In this document: positions 56,520 through 64,000 of the stretch, one piece after another | Layout of the letters: each line of letters opens with the position of its first letter | How positions within the stretch are numbered: the stretch's first letter is position 1 | Assembly: GCF_032191835.1 (NCBI RefSeq) | Contig: NC_083225.1 | Span: 54,994,001 to 55,058,000, forward strand | From: Heteronotia binoei | Lineage: Eukaryota | Direction: 5' to 3' | DNA: 64,000 bases | Position numbers and translations under genes: made by a program | The notes under the pieces: model-generated | The model's input: only the letters and a program-made list of their open reading frames with translations | Told to the model about the DNA's origin: nothing | Database searches by the model: none

Positions 56520-57720
56520 TTTTGTAGCAATAAAAGCACGCGACAGGACTTGGCTGGGATTTCCAGCGCTCACCTTTGAACTGAAAACGGGGAGTCGGGC
56601 TCACCTCAAGGAAAGAGCCTTTGGGAATCTAGCATTCTATTCTAAAGATTGCTGCCTCTATGGGCTTTCTTTCTCCGTCTCCTTGAAAAGTTATCAAAAT
56701 CCTCCTTCCCTTCCTCCAAGAAACTCGGGGTGGCGTCACTGCATGGTTTCTCCCGCCCGCTCCTTTTGTCTTTCTTACAACAACCCTGCGAGGAGGGCTA
56801 GACGGTGAAACAGCGACTGACCCAAAGTGATCCCAAGTAGTTCTGCGAAGAATTGAGCGCCGCCAGTCTTCCCGGTCCAAGTCCAACAATCCAGCCATTA
56901 CACCACCCAGCTGGTAGCTAATCTGCTTCGTGGTCGCCGGAGGCCGCCTCATAGGTTCTGGCGCGCCATTGGCCTTTTCTCGCCTGAGGTCCTTTTCTCG
57001 CCTGCTCGCAGCCAAACAAATGCCTATGAACTGCTCCTCTGTCTTCACTGAGGCGGCAGCGCCCGGGGCATTGCGCTCCGCCTCCTTCGACTCATCCTCC
57101 TCCGCCTCCTCCTCATCGCCACCGCCTTGCCTCAAGGTGTTTGCGTTTCTCTTCCCGCCTCCGGCAGCAACAGGCGACGGGCCCCCAGCCCTGCGGAGCC
57201 CCCTTTTGGTTTGTCAGCAGCCAGGTGAGTGCAGGCGGCGGCCCTTTGAACTGGAGCAGTCCTGGGGTCTGCGCGCGTGGGAGTGAAAGTCGGTTATTAA
57301 AATGTGCCGCGGGCTCCCTTGCGTAGAGCACCTGTCTGCTCTCTCCAGGAGGGGAAAGAGCTTGGCCGGATGTCGTGCGGGGTTCCTAAGGTGAGCAGGC
57401 CGGGGCTGCCAGCTGTCGCCTCACCGCGCTTCGATTGCCTTTTCCCTCTAATCTTTGGTTTTGCCTCCGTTGGCTTCACTCGCGCTATACGCGGGGGACC
57501 TGTTGAGGGTGAAATGACACCACTCCCCTTACGGTGAATCAGCCCCTGCCCCCCCCACCCCCAAAGCAGAGCTCAGGCGGGCTAAAGTTGTAGACTCAAA
57601 GTTCATGTTAAATGTCTTTTTCCGGGGGGGCGGGTTGGGGTTAAATGGTAAATCTGTTGCTTTCTTCGTTTTAAAAAAACCCCAAACGTCATTGTTAAAA
57701 CGGCGACACCAAGCGCCAAG
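56520..57720. promoter_or_regulatory. Large CpG island with first exons of an unidentified + strand transcript (exon ending 57224; 42-nt exon 57349..57390) and antisense donors
   Basis: CAG|gtgagt at 57225. Acceptor ctgctctctccag| and donor AAG|gtgagc flank 57349-57390. Minus-strand gtgagc donors at 56573 and 56604. Confidence 0.65.
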
Positions 57721-59369
57721 AACCACCAAGCGCCAAGAATTCAGGATCTGGGGGTTTCTACCTGGTTTCTTCCATACTGATCATAGGCTTGAATTGCCAA
57801 CTCCAGGTTGTGAAATTCCTTGGGATCTGGTGTGGAACCTGGGGAGAGGTGAGGGAAAACAAACCTCAGTAGAGGTACAGTGTTATAAAGTCCACCCTCT
57901 GAAGCTGCCATTTTCTCTGGGGGAGGAAGTCTTTGTTGTCTGGAGATAAGTATTTCAGGGATATCTCCAGGCCCCACCTGGAGGTTGGTTATTCAAGACC
58001 AGAAGATAATGGGACTAAAACTTTAGTCTTCTACCACGTTTCATCCATGTTGGGTGGGATATTTGAAATATACTAAGGGCCAGGGTAAACTAGTCAGCAT
58101 GCTGTAGTTTTAAGCCAAACGGTAGGGTGTGTCAGTTTAAAGCCCGCCCTGCAAAAAGGGGAGGGGCTATTTTGGTATTTTTATCAAGGGAAGCTGGATT
58201 ACACAAGAGTTGGTGAAATCATATGTTTATTTGTTTCCAGTTCCAACCTTTTATTGTATTTCACTGGTACATTTATAAGAGTTAAGTAGAAGTTTTAAGT
58301 AGAATGTGTATACTTTTTGATCAGAAGTCATTAGCAGTTTCTCAGTGCTGTACTGTTTTTGTTACTGGTCTTAATGTACATTTATTTGGAAGAAAGGTTC
58401 ATTGATTCCAGTGTCCTTTGCTTCTACAATAGTATATTATTGCAACCCATTCCTATGGATGATTACTCAGAAGCAAGATCCACTATTACTAGAAAGATTT
58501 ACTCCCAAGAAAGCATGTATAAGATTGCAGCACAAAATATACCTTGGCAAGGTATTACGTAAATGGTCACCCAACCACCTTAACATTTTAAAATAATATA
58601 GATATGCATGTTTATATTATTACACTTATTAATGTCATATTTAAAAAAACATACACATTCAAATTTTAATTTAGCATGCTGCCCCAGTTATTTGTTCATT
58701 TATTCGAAAGATTATTGTCCTACCTTTCTGATAAAATTTCTAATGCAGATAGTAACTGTAAGATAAAAAAATCAATAAAACAGCCTTATTCCCAAAATAC
58801 ATTAAATTGAACAAGAATACAACCATTAAAAGCCATGTTAAAAGCAGCACCAGAGCTATAAAATACATAAAGCACAATTAAATATAGCACTAATTTAAAA
58901 ACATTTATTTATACTGCAATGCTTAATAATAAAAGAAGGTTGTCATAGCAGCAAAAATTAACTGCAAAACAGTTTTTTTAGCTGAATGAAATACTAAGTG
59001 AAAGCTAATTGAAATTAATATATCTTTGCATGGTGGCAAAATGACAATTGAAATGGCACCAGATGAACATTCCAGTGCCACCATGTAGAAGGATCTGCCA
59101 CCTCAATTAAGTTGGCAGAGGCACCTGAAGAAAAGCCTCTGATGAAGATCATAAGGGAGGCAGGTGGTCCTTCATGTACCCTAGTCTCGGAGCTGTTAGG
59201 GTTCTATAAAGATTTAACCAGGCAAAGGGGGGTTAGCTTGTGGAACTCAAGGCAGCTTACAGTGCTGAGAGACCAGGACCACCAAACCAGGTGGTCCTCA
59301 ACCCCCTCAAACAACAAATCCTGCTGTGGGCCCACCAAACATGAAATCCTGGCTACGGCCCTGATCTGA

Positions 59370-59560
59370 CGTACTCATGTTGTAAACTTGTTCCTTCAAG
59401 AGGAAGAGCCAGCCCATCTAATATTGACAATAAAGTGACATCTAGGTTTGAAGAATACCCAGCAGCACCTCTGTTTTGTCTTGACCCAGCTTTATTAACG
59501 AAAACAGTCATCCAGTCTGTTACAATCTCCAGACATCCGCTGCCCCATCTGATTGTTCTG
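59370..59560 (-). mobile_element. Old L2 fragment
   Basis: Remnant ..SILDGLALPLEG.. resembles the L2 PVLDGVALPLK segment that follows the KTEV motif. Confidence 0.5.
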
Positions 59561-60009
59561 AAAAGAGCAACAGTTAAATTAAATTTGTATTCTAATAGCA
59601 TGAATGTGGTGTGTTGAATCCAGTGATCCACCAGTGCTCAGATCAGAGATCTTTGTACAAAGATAGTAGATCTTCCTGCACGTCTACCTCCATTTCCTAC
59701 ATAAGTTGTTTCTGATCCCAGGAAAGTTGACTCCCAGGATAAAGTAATAGCCACATGGGTCATTGGTCTGTAATGCGGATACGTCTATGTGTGGTATTTT
59801 TGCAAAATGTATAATGTATTTAAAGTTTGTGTAACTGTATACAGGAGATATCTCTGTAGTGTATAATGCTAAATATAATTGGAAAGTTGCTGTGATACAG
59901 TAAAATTGTTGAAGTTCACATCTTCATCAAGTGCCAGTTAAACTATGTATTATGTATACAATACTAATTCTTAATCTACTACTTAAGATAAGTTACGTTA
60001 TTGTATGAC

Positions 60010-61780
60010 CAAAGGGTCAAAGGATTACTGAAGGAGAATAGGGAAATGGCTGAGAAGCTGAATGCATTTTTTGCCTCCGTCTTCACTGTGGAAGATGAGA
60101 AGTGTTTGCCTGCTCCAGAACCACTTATATTGGAAGGGGTGTTGAAAGACCTGAGTCAGATTGAGGTGACAAGAGAGGAGGTCCTTCAACTGATAGACGA
60201 ATTAAAAACTAATAAGTCACCAGGTCCGGATGGCATACATCCAAGAGTTCTGAAAGAACTCAAAGTTGAACTTGTGGATCTCCTGACAAAAATATGTAAT
60301 CTTTCACTGAAATCTGCCTCTGTTCCTGAGGACTGGAAGGTAGCAAATGTCACCCCCATCTTTAAAAAGGGTTCCAGAGGAGATCCGGGAAACTACAGGC
60401 CAGTCAGTCTGACTTCAATACCGGGAAAGTTGGTAGAAACCATTATCAAGGACAGAATGAGTGGGCACATTGATGAACATGAGTTATTGTGGAAGACTCA
60501 GCATGGGTTCTGTAAGGGAAAATCTTGCCTCACTAACCCGTTACAGTTCTTTGAGGGGGTGAACAAACATGTGGACAAAGGAGACCCAATAGATATTGTT
60601 TACCTTGACTTCCAGAAAGCTTTTGATAAAGTTCCTCATCAAAGGCTCCTTAGTAAGCTCAAGAGTCATGGAGTAAAAGGAAAGGTCCTCTTGTGGATCA
60701 AAAACGGGCTAATTAATAGGAAGCAGAGAGTGAGTATAAATGGGCAGTCTTCGCAGTGGAGGATGGTAAGTATTGGAGTGCCGCAGGGCTCAGTATTAAC
60801 TTGTTCATAAATGATTTGGACTTGAGAGTAAGCAGTGAAGTGGCCAGGTTTGCAGATGACACTCAATTGTCCAGGGTGGTGAGAACCAGAGAAGATTGTG
60901 AGGAACTCCAAAGGGATCTGTTGAGGCTGGGTGAATGGGCGTCAACGTGGCAAATGAGGTTCATTGTGGCCAAGTGCAAAGTAATGCACATTGGGGCCAA
61001 GAATCCCAGCTACAAATACAAGTTGATGGGGTGTGAACTGGCAGAGACTGACCAAGAGAGAGATCTTGGGGTCATGGTAGATAACGCAATGAAATTGTCA
61101 AGACAGTGTGCGATAGCAATAAAAAAGGCCAACACCATGCTGGGTATTATTAGGAAGGGAATTGAAAACAAATCAGCCAGTATCATAATGCCCCTGTATA
61201 AATCGATGGTGCGGTCTCATTTGGAATACTGTGTGCAATTCTGGTCACCGCACCTCAAAAAGGATATTATAGCATTGGAGAATGTCCAGAAAAGGGCAAC
61301 TAGAATGATTAAAGGGTTGGAACACTTTCCCTATGAAGAAAGGTTAAAATGCTTGGGGCTCTTTAGCTTGGAGAAACGACTGCGGGGTGACATGATAGAG
61401 GCTTACAAGATAATGCATGGAATGGAGAAAGTAGAGAAAGAAGTACTTTTCTCCCTTTCTCACAATACAAGAACTCGTGGGCAATCGATGAAATTGCTGA
61501 GCAGTTGGGTTAGAACGGATAAAAGGAGGTACTTCTTCACCCAAAGGGTGATTAACATGTGGAATTCACTGCCACAGGAGGTGGTAGCAGCTACAAGCAT
61601 AGCCAGCTTCAAGAGGGGGTTAGATAAAAATATGGAGCAGAGGTCTATCAGTGGCTATTAGCCACAGTGTGTATATATATGTATGTGTGTGTATATAATT
61701 TTTTGCCCACTGTGACACAGAGTGTTGGACTGGATGGGCCATTGGCCTGATCCAACATGGCTTCTCTTATGTTCTTATGA
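60010..61780 (+). mobile_element. 5'-truncated CR1 LINE (RT to 3' end)
   Basis: KSPGPDGIHPRVLKE, NYRPVSLTS, QHGFCKGKSCLTN, YLDFQKAFDKV, GVPQGS, FADDT, DLGVMVD, HLEYCVQFWSP. A frameshifting deletion follows GSVL. Ends TTCTCTTATGTTCTTATG. Confidence 0.95.
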
Positions 61781-64000
61781 TTTGTTCAGCTTCTTAAAAT
61801 ATTCCAGAAATATATCTAAATATAATACATTTTAAAACCACACCTGCATATCTAGGATATACCTCCTGCTATACGATGTACCTCAAACCTTGAACTATAG
61901 TTAAAGGGTTAGTTCATTCATTAGCCATTTATGACTTCGAACATGAATTACAAAATAATGGAAATTTAAAATGTTAGAAATCTTTTTCTTTTGAAGAATA
62001 TTTGCTTTGGAAGAAAACAGGTGATGCATTTTGATTGCTCTGGCCAAGTATTTGCTATATACTAATCTGTTACCCCAAATGGTCTGGTACCTGATTGATT
62101 GTTTGGGGAAGTTAGGTAAGCAAGAGGGGGTAACCTGAGATCTTTTTATACCAAGATTTTCCCTTAGAGAACTCTTAAATAAATCAGACTGATGTTCAAC
62201 TAATAATGTTTTTAATTGGAAAACACTTAAAAGGCAAAAACATACTCTAAAAGCCACACTGAAAACACTCTTGCAAGGTTGGCATAAGGGAAAAAAGTAG
62301 TGTGGAAAAGGGGGTGTAATAGATTAGGGAAGAGGCTATATTTACCTGTCTTTGAAGATTCAGATCTGTGGAGGAGAGATGTAACCTGCGCTTCAAGGAG
62401 CCTACATGTGAGTAGGGGTGCTCACTGCATAGCAAAGGAGAGACAGATGGAATAGCGAGTAACCAAGACAAGTTAGCCAGCCAGCCCTACCCCCTGCAAG
62501 CAAGTAGGCAAGCAAAAAGCAAAAGCTAACTATTAAAAATGTGAGCTTTCCCCATCCAGGGGGGAAAAGATGTCTAAGAACAAAATGATTTGGGGTATTA
62601 CCAGTGAATGATACAAGTGTTTCTTAAGTTTTCCTGGCAACCCATTGTTGTTCCTTTTTAGGTGAAAGGGACTTGTTTGCTTGTCATATTTTTTTGATCA
62701 CCTCTAAATATTTTTCAGAGGCTTATTTCCTGGCAGGCAGCTTGGGGGTCACCTTTCAGTCAGTTACTTCATGTAAATTGTTATCTGGAGTGATAGCTAA
62801 TGTGAAGAGTGTTTGCGTCTGTCTTTAACTGATCACCAAACTGCTCCTCTGCAGGGTAGAACTGACTGGTAACACATTGGGCTGCAAATTGGGAATTTGA
62901 CTTTCCAAGGGTACTGATCTCGTGATTTTATAAACATTCTAGAGTGGAACTCTCAGTCAGCAGCCCCCCACCTCCTCCAGGCAAATATTAGATTAAGGAG
63001 GAAAAAAGCTTGACATTCTTACAGGTGTTTGTTTTTCTAGCTTTGTAATCCTTGGAAGAAAGATTGCATATCTTTGCAGCCTTATCACAAGGAAGGGAGC
63101 AGGTATTTTTATACAGTTCTAGCACTGAAGCAGGGATTTTGTTGTCTTAGGTTGCTTGGAAATTAATTTGCTGCATTTGAGACAAGACACTGCTAAAAGG
63201 TGCCATTTTTTCTTTATTGTCAAATATTTTTCAAATGAAGACTTCAGAAGAAGCCCCTCAGCCTACTTGTTGTATTTCCCTTCTCACATAAGCTAGCTGT
63301 AACTTTTATTATTTCCTTTTAATTTATACTGTTAAGTATGAGACATTTGTCTGATAATGGTGGCTTTTTTCGGTCCTATAATGTGATTCACTCAAAGAGA
63401 ATTGCTAAGCATTTATTATGTAGGACCAAAGCAAGATTAACCTCATAAGAACAAATGTTAAGAATAGGTGCTATGTGTCCTGAATGCAACCTTATCCTTG
63501 TGTTGTTCATGGAATCTGGAAGGAAAAGGGTTGGATCGGTCCCTGTTTCGATGTCATTTTGTATGCTTTCTCTGAGAAATTCACCAGAACTTTGGGGAAT
63601 GAGACAGTTTAAGAAGGGCGTGAACATTTTCTCCATATATACTCTACATTTTGGGGTTAAGTGAAAGACAAATAATTCATTTGTGGATTTTGTGTGTGTG
63701 TGAGAGTGACAGAGTAGTAACATTAAGTGAAATAATTCAAATCAAGTCTTAAATTCAAAGTTATTTTTTTGCCAGTCATTTTTTCTAGTGTCCTGAAAAA
63801 GTACTAAAATAATTGCTAAAGGGAATGTAATATAGGAAACATTCCTTGCTAACACCTAATTCACCTAACAACGTGCTTTGTATCTATAACTACTTCCTTT
63901 TACCCCCACTCCTAAATTACAACTCAAGAGGTACAAGTTGCATAAAAATGTGCTTAAGAAATTCTCATGATAGTTATTACAGCAAGCTTCTTTATTTATT

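Noticed and set aside
56629-57135. 168-aa minus-strand ORF (MRQGGGDEEEAEEDE..) and overlapping ORFs in the CpG island
   Set aside because: GC-rich, stop-poor DNA. It reads through a SINE remnant and resembles no family I recognise.
44240-64000. TSGA10 coding exons expected from synteny
   Set aside because: No segment resembling the recalled TSGA10 N-terminus (RSKSPRRPSP..REELKCMLEKYERHL) was found. It probably lies beyond the window, so no TSGA10 CDS is called.

Overview
Vertebrate genomic DNA, squamate reptile and probably a gecko (inferred from the repeat complement: Sauria SINE, Squam3-like SINEs, BovB, L2, CR1, hAT MITEs). The window covers the amniote LYG-MRPL30-MITD1-LIPT1-C2orf15-(TSGA10) block. 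I reconstructed complete spliced CDSs by hand for a goose-type lysozyme (+), MRPL30 (-, 161 aa), MITD1 (+, 239 aa), LIPT1 (-, 372 aa, single coding exon) and a C2orf15 orthologue (-, 88 aa). There are four CpG-rich promoter-like islands (~18.1-18.8, ~30.5-30.9, ~43.9-44.2, ~56.5-57.7 kb). No TSGA10 coding exon was recognised. The most interesting observations are: (1) the lysozyme signal-peptide exon is out of frame by 1 nt, a nearby donor rescues a signal-less enzyme, and the canonical disulfide cysteines are gone; (2) a spliced 43-aa small ORF starts at the 44-kb island; (3) RFX X-boxes lie at the 30.9-kb and 44-kb islands and beside the C2orf15 ATG; (4) a mosaic templated insertion is flanked by a 19-bp direct repeat; (5) a young inverted RTE pair brackets the 44-kb promoter; (6) Penelope-type repeats carry decayed minimal hammerhead ribozymes. 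All protein identifications come from recalled sequence similarity and synteny, not from database searches.
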